A DNA stretch of 50,462 nt from an uncultured Candidatus Saccharibacteria bacterium (GCA_964610655.1 CAZSYG010000001.1:1-50462); one strand, 5' to 3'; numbered from the stretch's first letter, positions 1-9,828 are shown. Notes: a model not told the origin generated them from the letters alone. Numbers and translations are program-made.

Positions 1-61
1 CTGGTAGCTCGTTTGGCTCATAACCAAAAGGTCGTTCGTTCAAATCGAACCCCCGCCACCA
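1..61 (+). tRNA. tRNA-Met(CAT), initiator-like, 5' end cut off by the window edge
   Basis: D-arm CTGGTAGCTCG as in tRNA-fMet; anticodon arm TTTGG-CTCATAA-CCAAA; T-arm GTTCG-TTCAAAT-CGAAC; encoded 3' ACCA. Confidence 0.9.
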
Positions 62-102
62 GATTGAAATAGAAACAAGAGACGAATCTCGCCTCCAATA
101 AC

Positions 103-141
103 GGCGTTAGAATTGCCCCCCCAATTCTAACGCCATTTTTG
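103..141. terminator. Intrinsic terminator hairpin between the tRNA and the convergent CDS
   Basis: GGCGTTAGAATTG (103-115) and CAATTCTAACGCC (122-134) form a perfect 13-bp inverted repeat followed by a T-run. Confidence 0.75.
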
Positions 142-148
142 TTGCTAA

Positions 149-1690
149 CTATTTCCGCCTGAATAGTCCCACTATCTCTGCTCTGTATTGGTATATAATA
201 TATATAACCCCCAGCGCAACTACTCCAATAATCGCGTAGGTCGCAATAAACTTCGACTTTTCCTCAAAAGTCTCGCTTTCTAACGGATAAGCCGCCCCGC
301 TATTATCGACAATTTTCTTACATCTCCCCGTTGCCGGATTCCTTTCGTATCCCTCCGCGCAGGGTTTTAATTCTTTCGCCGCGGTCGTCGCGTAAGATTT
401 ACAACGGTTTGTCAATGGATTCCTATACTTCCCCTCTGGACAGGCTTCCAGCTCTGTCGAAATTTTCGTCTCGTTCACACAATTTCCCGTCTCCTCGTTA
501 ATCACTTTTCCTGCTGGACACGTTTTAAATTTTTGATAATTATTTTCCTCCGCCGGCGTCGGACTATAAGTCTGAAGCCATTGCTCGCTTCCGTCCGCCA
601 CATACCCAAATTGCGCCAGCGCTACTCCTTTTTTCTGTCCCGAATAATAAACTAACTTGTCAACAACCACTCCGTCCGCGTCAACTAACCTTAGTTCATT
701 CGAGCTTGTTGGATTTTTTGTCAACCTAAGCTGAAACGCCAAAAAGGGATAAATCGCGATTAACCCTCCCGCGCTTATCGTTCCCGAAAGCTCATAATCT
801 TTATTTTTATATCTTAAAATACAACCATCTAGATTTACTGCCAACTCCCCATCATTATAAAACTCAACAAACTGTTCGCTCGCTTCCGTCTCAAAATAAG
901 TTAAAATCTCATTAAACCGAATCGCGCGACACTTCGGCTCGATAATTTCCTCTTCCTTTTTTTCTTTTTCGACTTTGACTAGACTCGGCTTCTCCGAATC
1001 GTAATTCGGCGTATAATTTTCTAAATGCTTAAATAAGTCCTCCATCTCTTCTGCTTCATCATCTCGAACTAGCGTCGTCGGTGTTTTTGAATTAAACTTC
1101 AAATAACAAGTTTCTCCGCCTTCCTCTTCTAATCCCCAACATAACGAATCGACCGTCTCGTATTGATTTTCTTCCTCGACTTCCCCTTCCTTAACTAACT
1201 TTAAAATTTTCAGTCTTCCCCCTCCTTGCGCCATATTTCTTGTATAAATTGCGTCCGCAACTTCGCGATAATCTTCGACTGCTTTAACTTCATCCGAACT
1301 TTTTAGCCTAAAAAGGAGAGACTCGCCGACAGTTTCTTCGTCTTCGGAAAATTCATAGACAACATAATCCTTTCCTGAAGCAGTCGTATAAATTATCGAA
1401 AAGCCGGCGAGCGAAAATGAATCCCCCCTGAGTCTAGCCCCAACTTCAAAGAATTCTCCAATTCCTGAATATCCGGGGTTAAATGACTTAATAAAAATCC
1501 TCTCTTGATTTTCCTCTTCTTTCTCCTCTTCCTCTTCTTTCTCCTCAGCTTCTTCCGCAGTATTTTCTCTTTCTACTTCTGTTGTCTCTTCTTCCAAAGT
1601 TTCTTCCGCAAAAACCGCTACCGTCCCGCCAACTACATTTAAAACTAAACTTAATATAATTCCCAAATAAACTAACCTCACTTTTTTCAT
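149..1690 (-). CDS. Surface protein with signal peptide, acidic linker, lamin-tail-like domains, three Cys-pair repeats and C-terminal TM anchor
   Basis: Hydrophobic N-terminus; FNEI...EQFVEFYN...VNLDGCIL (lamin-tail-like); CPAGKVINEETGNC, CPEGKYRNPLTNRC, CAEGYERNPATGRC; TM plus basic tail. Confidence 0.75.
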   Translation of the reverse strand: MKKVRLVYLGIILSLVLNVVGGTVAVFAEETLEEETTEVERENTAEEAEEKEEEEEKEEENQERIFIKSFNPGYSGIGEFFEVGARLRGDSFSLAGFSIIYTTASGKDYVVYEFSEDEETVGESLLFRLKSSDEVKAVEDYREVADAIYTRNMAQGGGRLKILKLVKEGEVEEENQYETVDSLCWGLEEEGGETCYLKFNSKTPTTLVRDDEAEEMEDLFKHLENYTPNYDSEKPSLVKVEKEKKEEEIIEPKCRAIRFNEILTYFETEASEQFVEFYNDGELAVNLDGCILRYKNKDYELSGTISAGGLIAIYPFLAFQLRLTKNPTSSNELRLVDADGVVVDKLVYYSGQKKGVALAQFGYVADGSEQWLQTYSPTPAEENNYQKFKTCPAGKVINEETGNCVNETKISTELEACPEGKYRNPLTNRCKSYATTAAKELKPCAEGYERNPATGRCKKIVDNSGAAYPLESETFEEKSKFIATYAIIGVVALGVIYIIYQYRAEIVGLFRRK

Positions 1691-1749
1691 ACCCTAAGAT
1701 TAGCACTCAATTTTTTATACTACAAGCATAACTGTGATATAATTTAAGT

Positions 1750-2463
1750 ATGAGAAGTTTGCCTGAGCTGGGAATCATCTTTTTCTCCGCGCTTATTTGC
1801 GCTCTCTTTCAGCTATCCCTCGGAACTCTCCTTCTTCTTTATCACTCTTCCCTCGGTCGCTTTGTTAGAAAAAAGACGAAATCTCTCGCCTCCAGTTTTA
1901 TCTCCGGCGTTTGTTTAATGAGCTTTTTAATTCTCGCGACCAACTGTTTCTTGAGTCTAGCTCTCTTAGAGGGAGTTGAAGAAAAATTAGTTTACTCAAT
2001 TTCCGTTGGAATCCTCTTCTCAATTTCTTTAATCATTTTCTTTTTTTATTTTCGCTCCGGAAAGTCCGCTAAAGGTTCAACCGAACTTTGGCTCCCGAAA
2101 AAAATCTCTCGTTTTATCGACTCGCGTGCGAAGTTAACCAACAACAATTCCGAAGCCTTTTCGCTCGGTCTCTTAACCGTCTTCGGCGAACTCCCGTTTA
2201 GTTTCGTCCTATTTTTCCTCGCCGGCAACGAAGTCATAAAACTCTCTAGCGGCTACGAAGTCCTTGCCCTTAGCTTCTTTACTATAATCTCCGTTCTCCC
2301 GTTAATAATTTTACGTTTCGTTATCAGAAAAGGGAAAAACGCTGTCGAGATTCAGCGTTTCCGCGTCAAAAACAAACTTTTCTTCAAGATTCTCGCCGGT
2401 TTTTCGTTTATTATTCTTTCTGCGTTCATTCTAACATTTAAACTTCTCGGAGTTGGTCTATGA
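1750..2463 (+). CDS. Polytopic membrane protein, function unknown
   Basis: About 6 hydrophobic segments; TGATATAAT 6 nt before the ATG. Confidence 0.7.
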   Translation: MRSLPELGIIFFSALICALFQLSLGTLLLLYHSSLGRFVRKKTKSLASSFISGVCLMSFLILATNCFLSLALLEGVEEKLVYSISVGILFSISLIIFFFYFRSGKSAKGSTELWLPKKISRFIDSRAKLTNNNSEAFSLGLLTVFGELPFSFVLFFLAGNEVIKLSSGYEVLALSFFTIISVLPLIILRFVIRKGKNAVEIQRFRVKNKLFFKILAGFSFIILSAFILTFKLLGVGL

Positions 2464-2705
2464 CGAAAAAATCTTTTGAAAAATCCGATTTAATCGATGA
2501 GCTGCGCCGCGAGTCGAAGTCAGTCGGGATTCCTGCCGGCTCCGCCGAACTAATTATTAGAAAAGTTATTGAAGGTATTTGTCCTTGGCTCGAAGAAAGG
2601 AACATGATAACAAAAAGCGATTTAGAAAGGGTCGTCTCGCGTGAGCTTGATAAATATAACGCCGATCTCGCCTATATTTATCGTAATCGTGATAAAATAA
2701 TTTAA
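2460..2705 (+). CDS. Small hypothetical protein
   Basis: ATGA overlap with the upstream gene; operonic spacing. Confidence 0.65.
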   Translation: MTKKSFEKSDLIDELRRESKSVGIPAGSAELIIRKVIEGICPWLEERNMITKSDLERVVSRELDKYNADLAYIYRNRDKII

Positions 2706-2706
2706 A

Positions 2707-4077
2707 ATGTTGAGAAAAAAATTTGACTTTGATTATATCGTAATTGGCTCTGGTGTTGCCGGAACCGCCGCTGCTCTTTCCGCCGCGAAAATGAAGAAAA
2801 AAGTCGCCATCGTCGAGTCAGGCCGTTGGGGTGGCTCTAGTTTAAATTATTCCGATATTCCTGCCCGCGCCGCCTTTAATTTTTCTCATCTCTACATGGA
2901 TTCCGTTCGTGGTTCGCGTTTTGGGATTTCTTCCGCTTCGCTCCGCTATAATTATCCGACCGCTCTAAACTGGATTACGCTCGCCTCTCGTCGCGCCGGC
3001 GCGAACTCGAAAAAGATTTTCGAGGAGAATAAAATCACTTGTTTCTCCGGTTTTGCGAACTTTTTAACCCCATACGAAATCTCTGCCGGAACCTCCCAAA
3101 TCTCCGCGCCGAATTTCCTTATCGCCACGGGCGCAAAACTCTCAAGCGGTAACATTTCCGGCGTCGAAACCGTAAAATGTCTAACCCCCGCGACCGCTCT
3201 GAGTCTAAATCGTCCCCCGAAAAGCGTTTTTATTATTGGCGCCGGCTCGACCGGAACCGAACTCGCGAACTATTTCGCCGAACTCGGCTCCGAAGTTTGT
3301 CTTGGTGAGCTTGCCGGTCGAATCCTCCCGCGCGAAGACGAAGAAGTTGGTCGCGTCCTTGCTCAATATTTTGAAGATAAGCTCCATATTAAAATCTTGA
3401 CCCAGTCGCGCGTCGTCGCAGTCGCGAACGACGCTGGGAAAGTTAAAATAACTTTCCTCCGCGGCGGTCAGGAAAAATTCGTCCGTACCGACGCCGTCGT
3501 TCTTGCGACCGGCTCGGCGCCAAACGCCGACCTCGGTCTGGAAAACGCCGGCGTCGAATACTCTAAAGACGGAATCGACGTTAATAATATGCTACTAACC
3601 TCAATGAAACACATCTCCGCCGCGGGCGACTGTATCGGCGGCGAAAGCTCCCCCGAGCGCGCTGCTTATGAAGGCGCCCTTGCCGCCTCGAACGCTTTTT
3701 CTCGCCAAAAAAATCTTCGCAACTACGAAGGCTTTATCCGCCTAACTAATACTTTCCCCAGCGTCGCTAGCGTCGGTCTAAACGAAGAAGATTCTTTAAG
3801 ATTAAACCTAAAAATTAAAAAATCCGTCCTTCCGCTTTCTAGCGTTTCCGCTTCTAACCTTTTCGACTTCCGTTCTGGTTTCGTCAAAATTATCGCCGAC
3901 CCGAAAGACAAACTTCTTGGCGCGACCGTAATGTGCCCGAACGCCGAGCTCGTTATCCAAGAAGTCGCCCTCGCCGTCCGCCATAAATTCACCATCACCC
4001 AGCTCGCCTCCGCGCCCCATTCTTCCTCCTCTTGGTCTGAACTCGTCCATCTCGCCTGCCGTAAACTCAAAAAGTAA
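2707..4077 (+). CDS. Class-I pyridine nucleotide-disulfide oxidoreductase family protein (LpdA/MerA-like) lacking the redox cysteines
   Basis: FAD motif IGSGVAG, IATGA, NAD motif IGAGSTGTE, AAGD and a C-terminal dimerisation domain. Confidence 0.85.
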   Translation: MLRKKFDFDYIVIGSGVAGTAAALSAAKMKKKVAIVESGRWGGSSLNYSDIPARAAFNFSHLYMDSVRGSRFGISSASLRYNYPTALNWITLASRRAGANSKKIFEENKITCFSGFANFLTPYEISAGTSQISAPNFLIATGAKLSSGNISGVETVKCLTPATALSLNRPPKSVFIIGAGSTGTELANYFAELGSEVCLGELAGRILPREDEEVGRVLAQYFEDKLHIKILTQSRVVAVANDAGKVKITFLRGGQEKFVRTDAVVLATGSAPNADLGLENAGVEYSKDGIDVNNMLLTSMKHISAAGDCIGGESSPERAAYEGALAASNAFSRQKNLRNYEGFIRLTNTFPSVASVGLNEEDSLRLNLKIKKSVLPLSSVSASNLFDFRSGFVKIIADPKDKLLGATVMCPNAELVIQEVALAVRHKFTITQLASAPHSSSSWSELVHLACRKLKK

Positions 4078-4082
4078 TCCCT

Positions 4083-5195
4083 ATGAAATCCCGAAGAGAA
4101 AAAATAATCATCAAAACCAGCCTAATCGGCATTTTCGCCAACTTTATTCTCGCTGGCTTTAAAGCTGCCGTCGGTCTCCTCTCGAACTCAATCGCCATCC
4201 TTTCCGATTCCGTTAATAATCTAAGCGACGCCCTTTCGAGTATTGTTACGATTTTCGGAACCAAACTCGCCGGAAAAGCCCCCGACCGAAACCATCCTTA
4301 CGGTTACGGTCGCGTTGAATATGTCGCTTCGCTTGTCGTCTCCGCGATTGTCTTTTATGCCGGCTTGACCGCCCTCCTCGAGTCTATCGAAAAAATCATC
4401 CATCCCGAAACGCCCAACTATAATTCTTTTACGCTTGTTGTTCTCGTTGCTGCTATTTTTGTTAAACTCGTCTTAGGTTTTTATACCAAAAAGAAAGGGA
4501 AAGACGTAAAATCTGACTCTCTCGTCGCGAGCGGGATTGACGCTTTTAACGACGCGATTCTTTCTATCTCCGTCCTCGCCTCTACGGTCGTCTATCTCCT
4601 TTTTCATCTCAACCTCGAAGCCTACGTCGGCGTTTTAGTTTCGCTTTTTGTTATCAAAACCGGTTTCGAGTTGATTAAAACTTCTGTTGATAGCGTTTTG
4701 GGCTCGCGTGTCGAGGGAAAACTTACCCGCGCCATTAAAAAGGAAGCCTTAAAAGTCCCCAAAGTCGAGGGCGTTTATGATCTAGTTTTAAACGATTACG
4801 GGCCCAATAAATATCTCGGCTCGCTCCATATTGAAGTTGCCGATACTTTAACCGTCGCCGAGATTGATAAAATTTCTCGCAACATTACCAAAATCATTAA
4901 TAAAAAATATGGAGTTTTGCTCCATACCATCGGGATTTATTCAATCAACACTCAAGATAAAAATACCCTTAAATTTAAGCAAGAAATCACGAAAATCGTT
5001 TTCTCGTATGACCATATTCTAGAAATGCACGGTTTTTATTTCGACGAAGAAGAGAAGACGATTAGTTTTGATATAATCATAGATTTTAACGCGAAAAACA
5101 AAGAAGAAATTTACCAAAAAATCTACGACGAAATCCATCAACACTACAAAGACTATAAACTCAACATCACTTTAGACATAGACGTCAGCGATTAA
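4083..5195 (+). CDS. Cation diffusion facilitator (CDF) family transporter
   Basis: SDSVNNLSD, PDRNHPYGYGRVE, 6 TM segments and C-terminal cytosolic domains. Confidence 0.9.
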   Translation: MKSRREKIIIKTSLIGIFANFILAGFKAAVGLLSNSIAILSDSVNNLSDALSSIVTIFGTKLAGKAPDRNHPYGYGRVEYVASLVVSAIVFYAGLTALLESIEKIIHPETPNYNSFTLVVLVAAIFVKLVLGFYTKKKGKDVKSDSLVASGIDAFNDAILSISVLASTVVYLLFHLNLEAYVGVLVSLFVIKTGFELIKTSVDSVLGSRVEGKLTRAIKKEALKVPKVEGVYDLVLNDYGPNKYLGSLHIEVADTLTVAEIDKISRNITKIINKKYGVLLHTIGIYSINTQDKNTLKFKQEITKIVFSYDHILEMHGFYFDEEEKTISFDIIIDFNAKNKEEIYQKIYDEIHQHYKDYKLNITLDIDVSD

Positions 5196-5198
5196 AAA

Positions 5199-5275
5199 TG
5201 GTCGGGGCTAGGAGATTTGAACTCCTGACCTCACGCACCCCATGCGTGCGCGCTACCAAGCTGCGCCAAGCCCCG
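5199..5275 (-). tRNA. tRNA-Pro(GGG)
   Basis: Reverse complement CGGGGCTTGGCGCAGCTTGGTAGCGCG-CACGC-ATGGGGT-GCGTG-AGGTCAGGAGTTCAAATCTCCTAGCCCCGACCA. Confidence 0.95.
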
Positions 5276-5360
5276 ATTCCCTACATTATACCACATTTCT
5301 CCCTCTTCTCAAAAAACTTCCTCAAAAATCTCTCTAAAAATAAAAAATTTTAAAATCTAC

Positions 5361-5418
5361 TTGACAATTTTAATTAGAAAGGCGTATCATTGTATTAAGT
5401 AAATAATACATTAATACA
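5361..5418 (+). promoter_or_regulatory. Sigma70 promoter plus palindromic YtrA/GntR-type operator
   Basis: TTGACA (5361) and TATCAT (5385); palindrome TGTATTA-N6-TAATACA (5391-5410) just upstream of the GntR gene. Confidence 0.7.
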
Positions 5419-5420
5419 AT

Positions 5421-5771
5421 ATGAATTACGTTTTCAATAATAACCAGCCCATCTATCTTCAAATCATCGAACAGCTCGAAAGCGAAATCATTTCTGGCGC
5501 TCGTAGCCCAGGCGAACGGATTGAGAGCGTCCGCGATTTAGCGTTAAAACTTCGCGTAAATCCGAATACTGTCCAGCGTGCCCTTTCTGAACTTGAAGCT
5601 GAAAAACTAGTTGAAACCGAACGGACGAACGGTCGCTACGTAACTAAAAACGAATTAAAAATTAAAAAACTAAAGGAAAAATATTATAAAGAAAAAACAA
5701 AGGAGTATCTAAACGAAATGAAAAAAATCGGTATCGAAATTATCGAAATCAGGAGGAAAGATGAAAACTAA
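5421..5771 (+). CDS. GntR family (YtrA subfamily) regulator
   Basis: PIYLQI...PGERIESVRDLA...VNPNTVQRA HTH; short C-terminus; first gene of an ABC operon. Confidence 0.92.
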   Translation: MNYVFNNNQPIYLQIIEQLESEIISGARSPGERIESVRDLALKLRVNPNTVQRALSELEAEKLVETERTNGRYVTKNELKIKKLKEKYYKEKTKEYLNEMKKIGIEIIEIRRKDEN

Positions 5772-6477
5772 ACTTCCGCTCGTCGAGCTAAAATCTTTAA
5801 CTAAAATTTATGACAACAAAAAAGTTGCCTTAAAAAACGTTAATCTAAAATTAGAAAATAATAAAATCTACGGTCTGCTCGGAAAAAATGGTTCCGGAAA
5901 AACGACGTTAATCAAACTAATTAACGATTTATTAACGCCGAGCGAAGGAGAAGTTTTAATTAAAGGAAAAAAGCCCGATATTGCCTCGAAAAAAATAATT
6001 GCTTATCTTCCCGAGCGAACTTACCTCGATAAAAGTCTGACCGTAAAAACCGCGATTAAAGAATACGCCGAATTTTACGAAGATTTTAGTTTTAAAAAAG
6101 CCGAAAAATTATTAAAAAATCTTGAACTCGACGAAAACCAAAAAATCCTTAAAATGTCGAAAGGCATGCAAGAAAAACTCCAACTTCTTCTCGTCATGTC
6201 CCGAAAAGCTGAACTCTATATTCTTGACGAACCGCTTTCCGGCGTTGATCCCGCGACTCGCGACGAAATCCTCGACCTCATTATCGAAAACTTTGAAGAA
6301 AATTCTAGCCTCTTGGTTTCTACCCATCTCATTTCCGACGTTGAGCGAATTTTAGACGAAGTTATCTTCATTAAAAATGGCGAAATCGTGGAATATTCTA
6401 ACGCCGAAAAATTACGCGAACAAGAAAACGCGTCGATTGATGAAATTTTTAGAAGGAGATTTAAAAATGTTAAATAA
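5761..6477 (+). CDS. ABC transporter ATP-binding protein
   Basis: Walker A GKNGSGKT, signature MSKGM, Walker B YILDEP, STH motif. Confidence 0.95.
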   Translation: MKTKLPLVELKSLTKIYDNKKVALKNVNLKLENNKIYGLLGKNGSGKTTLIKLINDLLTPSEGEVLIKGKKPDIASKKIIAYLPERTYLDKSLTVKTAIKEYAEFYEDFSFKKAEKLLKNLELDENQKILKMSKGMQEKLQLLLVMSRKAELYILDEPLSGVDPATRDEILDLIIENFEENSSLLVSTHLISDVERILDEVIFIKNGEIVEYSNAEKLREQENASIDEIFRRRFKNVK

Positions 6478-7246
6478 ACTAATTAAAATTGACTTACGCT
6501 ATATTTTAAGGCTTACGCCGATTTTCTTTGGCGCGGGAATTTTCTTCGCGCTGGTTTCGCTGGTTTCTTCAAAAATCGAAGGTTCCGCAATCGCCGAAAT
6601 CATTAAAAGGATTTCTGAAAACTTTGCGTTGTCCGCAGTTATTTCCGGAATTATTAACGTTCTTTCCAGAGCAGTCGGCGTTTTTTATAAAAAACTTTAT
6701 GGCGACGAAAGTTACTTAACGCATACTCTACCGATTCCGAAGAAAACAATTTATTTATCAAAAATCTTATCAACGCTTTATAGTTTTCTAATCGCGCTTT
6801 TTATTGGGATTTTAATTTTAGCGATCAACTATAATTTATTCGAAAATTTCGAAACGCTAAAAACGTTTATCGAAACGACGGCAGGAATGACGGGCGGAAA
6901 CGTAACTGAATTTCTCGTCCTAATTATCTTAGTCGGATTTTTCGAAATAACGACCTTAGTCTCACTCATTTTCTTAGTGATGATTATAAAAAATCGAACA
7001 ACCAAAACTAAAACTGCTCTCATCGCGGCGGGAACTTATTTAGCAGCGCAAGGAACGTTTCTTCTAAGCCTCTTCCTAATCGGAATTATAAATCCGGAAG
7101 TCATGGAATTATTTAATTCTGAAATAGTTTCATCAGAAACGATGCGGCTCGTTTTTATCGACGCGATTATAGTTTATTCTGTTGCGACTTTAATTATTAA
7201 CATGGTAAATACGAAACTGCTCGAAAAAGGCGTCAACGTCGCGTAA
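6467..7246 (+). CDS. ABC-2 type permease
   Basis: ATG at 6467 after AGGAG; YLTHTLP...SK motif; 6 TM segments. Confidence 0.8.
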   Translation: MLNKLIKIDLRYILRLTPIFFGAGIFFALVSLVSSKIEGSAIAEIIKRISENFALSAVISGIINVLSRAVGVFYKKLYGDESYLTHTLPIPKKTIYLSKILSTLYSFLIALFIGILILAINYNLFENFETLKTFIETTAGMTGGNVTEFLVLIILVGFFEITTLVSLIFLVMIIKNRTTKTKTALIAAGTYLAAQGTFLLSLFLIGIINPEVMELFNSEIVSSETMRLVFIDAIIVYSVATLIINMVNTKLLEKGVNVA

Positions 7247-7288
7247 AATTTAGTATAATAGTTTCATAAGAATTAAAAAGGAATTTTT

Positions 7289-7891
7289 ATGAAACAAGAA
7301 AAAACTAGAGAAATAGTCTCAGCGGGAGTCCTCTTCTTCGTTGGGATTCTTCTCTTTGCTTATGCGGATAAAATTTTAGATTGGATTTCTGTTATTCTCG
7401 GTGCGCTCGCGATTGCTTATTCGGTCATCACCCTACTTTCTTATATCAGCGCCTCCCCAAAAGACCGTCGCGAGACTTCAATTTTCCTTATCGTCCTCGC
7501 TGCCGCCGCGGGTATTGTTCTGATTTCGAAGTCAACTTTTATTCGCGAAATGATTTCCTTCATCATCGGAATTTATATTATTTTAACTTCCGCTCTCCAG
7601 CTTTCCGCAATCATCGATTTTAAACGTTTAACCGGAATTAAAATTAAATCTGTCGTTCTCCCGATTCTTGGGATTATTATCGGCGCGTTTTGTATTTCTG
7701 GCGATCTCCTCGTTCCTGATGCCATAATTCAATATACCGGCATTCTCCTCTCGGTTTATAGTATTATCGAAATTGCTTCGATTTTATTATTTAGCAAAGA
7801 AGAAAAGAAGGCGAAAAAATCTGCGCCGAAAATCCAAGAAGGCGAAGTTGTTTCTGAGCCTAAGTCCGAAAAGAAATCGACAAAGAAATAA
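7289..7891 (+). CDS. DUF308/HdeD-like membrane protein
   Basis: Six short TM helices in repeated pairs and a charged tail. Confidence 0.6.
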   Translation: MKQEKTREIVSAGVLFFVGILLFAYADKILDWISVILGALAIAYSVITLLSYISASPKDRRETSIFLIVLAAAAGIVLISKSTFIREMISFIIGIYIILTSALQLSAIIDFKRLTGIKIKSVVLPILGIIIGAFCISGDLLVPDAIIQYTGILLSVYSIIEIASILLFSKEEKKAKKSAPKIQEGEVVSEPKSEKKSTKK

Positions 7892-7944
7892 AATTATAAT
7901 ATAATATCCCCTAGAAAATTCTTCTAGAAATAAAAAGGAGTTTT

Positions 7945-9219
7945 ATGGCTAAAAATCCACGTTTAATTTTAATTACCAATCCAGGGTCTTCTTCCCGAAA
8001 ATACGCGCTTTATCGCGAGGACGAACTACTTTGCTCGCTCCATTTCGAGTTCGAGAAAAAGAAAGTTGTCTGCACTCTAAAACGTGCCGACGAAACAAAA
8101 AAGAAAATCTCGACCGAAGCAAAAGATTTAAGCTCGACCGTCGGGATTTTGAATAAAATCTTAACCGACGAGGGTTATCTCGGCGGCGTCTCCAAAATCG
8201 ACGCTATCCTCGCTCGTATTGTTGCAACGGGAGAATATTTTACTCACGACCATCTCGTTGATCAAGAATGTCTCAAAAATCTCGAAATTGCTAAAAAACG
8301 CACTCCGCTCCATGTTCCTGTTGTCGCGAACGAAATCGAAGCGTTTGTCAAAGAGTTTAAAGGAACTCCCGTTATCGCGATTTCTGACTCTGCTTTCCAT
8401 TCCGACCGCCCAGAGTTAATGAAATACTACGCCATCGACAAAGACCTTGCCGACCAAGCCGAGATTAAGCGCTACGGCGCACACGGTCTCTCCGTCGGTT
8501 CAATCGTAAAATATATGGAACGTGAGAAAATTCTTCCGGAAAAATTAATTGTCTGTCATCTCGGCTCCGGCTCCTCAATCACCGCCGTCTATAAAGGCAA
8601 GTCTCATGATACGACGATGGGCTACACCCCGCTCGAAGGTGTTATGATGTCGACTCGAACCGGCTCAATCGACGCGGCCGCCGCGCTCGCGATTAAACGC
8701 GCTCTAAAAATTAAAGACGACGAAGAGCTCGAAGAATACTTAAATAAAAAATGCGGTCTGCTCGGCGTTTCCGGCTCGACCGACGATATGCGCGAAATTA
8801 TTCGTCTTCGCGACGAGGGCGACGACCGCGGGACTTTCGCTCACGCTCTCTTTGTATATCGCATCCAAAGCGCGATTGGCCAAATGGCCGCCTCACTCGG
8901 CGGCGTTGACGCGATTGTCTATACTGCGACTATCGGCGAACGCTCCGACGAAATCAGAAAATGCGTCTCCCAAAAACTCTCCTACCTCGGTTTCGAGCTC
9001 GATAATTCTAAAAACGAATCCGAACTTGAAAATCGTCATGAAAACATCGCGACCGAAAATTCCAAACCGATTTATGTTATTCGCACCGACGAATTTGAAG
9101 AGATGATTCGCCGCGCGAAAGTTGTTCTCGATGGTGAAACTTGCGACTGTGGTTGCGGCGATAACTGCGAGTGCGACGACGATTGTGATTGTAAAAAATC
9201 TTGCGACTGTAAAAAATAA
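7945..9219 (+). CDS. ackA: Acetate kinase with a Cys-rich C-terminal tail
   Basis: NPGSSSRKY, PLH, DSAFH, YGAHGLS, CHLGSGSS, TTMGYTPLEG, TRTGSID, TATIGE, TDE. Confidence 0.92.
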   Translation: MAKNPRLILITNPGSSSRKYALYREDELLCSLHFEFEKKKVVCTLKRADETKKKISTEAKDLSSTVGILNKILTDEGYLGGVSKIDAILARIVATGEYFTHDHLVDQECLKNLEIAKKRTPLHVPVVANEIEAFVKEFKGTPVIAISDSAFHSDRPELMKYYAIDKDLADQAEIKRYGAHGLSVGSIVKYMEREKILPEKLIVCHLGSGSSITAVYKGKSHDTTMGYTPLEGVMMSTRTGSIDAAAALAIKRALKIKDDEELEEYLNKKCGLLGVSGSTDDMREIIRLRDEGDDRGTFAHALFVYRIQSAIGQMAASLGGVDAIVYTATIGERSDEIRKCVSQKLSYLGFELDNSKNESELENRHENIATENSKPIYVIRTDEFEEMIRRAKVVLDGETCDCGCGDNCECDDDCDCKKSCDCKK

Positions 9220-9828
9220 ATGACCGATTCGCTCAGACAAGTTAGCACAAAAGAAACCGAAAAAATTTTAGAATTTGCGCAACTCGCCCTCGATTTTGAG
9301 GGCGACTTCGTTGAGCTGGGTTGTTATCGCGGCGACACGTCATTGCTCCTCGAACGCCTCCTCGAATCAGCCGAAAAGACTAAAAAAATCCCTCAAAATT
9401 CTAAAAACCTTTGGCTTTATGATTCTTTCGCTGGTCTTCCCGAAAAAACTAAAGAAGATTCTTCCGTTGCTGGCGACGAATTTAAAGCGAGCGAACTTTT
9501 TGTTTCGAAGCGCGAAGTCATCGAGCGTTTTAAAAAAGCGAATTTAAAACTTCCGATAATTAAAAAAAGTTTTTTTGAAAATCTAAATCCCGAAACCGAC
9601 CTACCTGAAAAAATTTCTTTCGCCTTTCTCGACGGTGATTTATATTCTTCGATTAAAACTTCGCTCAATCTCGTTGTCCCGAAATTATCCGAGCGGGGAA
9701 TTATTCTTGTCCATGATTATAATAATCCAAAACTCCCTGGCCCCGCTCGCGCCGTTGATGAATTTCTTAAAACTCATCCTACCTTTAAGCTGAGACTTTT
9801 TGAGACGCTTGCTTTCTTATCGCGTTAA
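9220..9828 (+). CDS. TylF/MycF-family O-methyltransferase
   Basis: GDFVELGCYRG, YDSFAGLP, FLDGDLYSS, VHDY. Confidence 0.85.
   Translation: MTDSLRQVSTKETEKILEFAQLALDFEGDFVELGCYRGDTSLLLERLLESAEKTKKIPQNSKNLWLYDSFAGLPEKTKEDSSVAGDEFKASELFVSKREVIERFKKANLKLPIIKKSFFENLNPETDLPEKISFAFLDGDLYSSIKTSLNLVVPKLSERGIILVHDYNNPKLPGPARAVDEFLKTHPTFKLRLFETLAFLSR

Noticed and set aside
1700-1726. Possible CIRCE (TTAGCACTC)
   Set aside because: Only the left arm matches; the right arm TACTACAAG is poor and the flanking genes are not chaperones.
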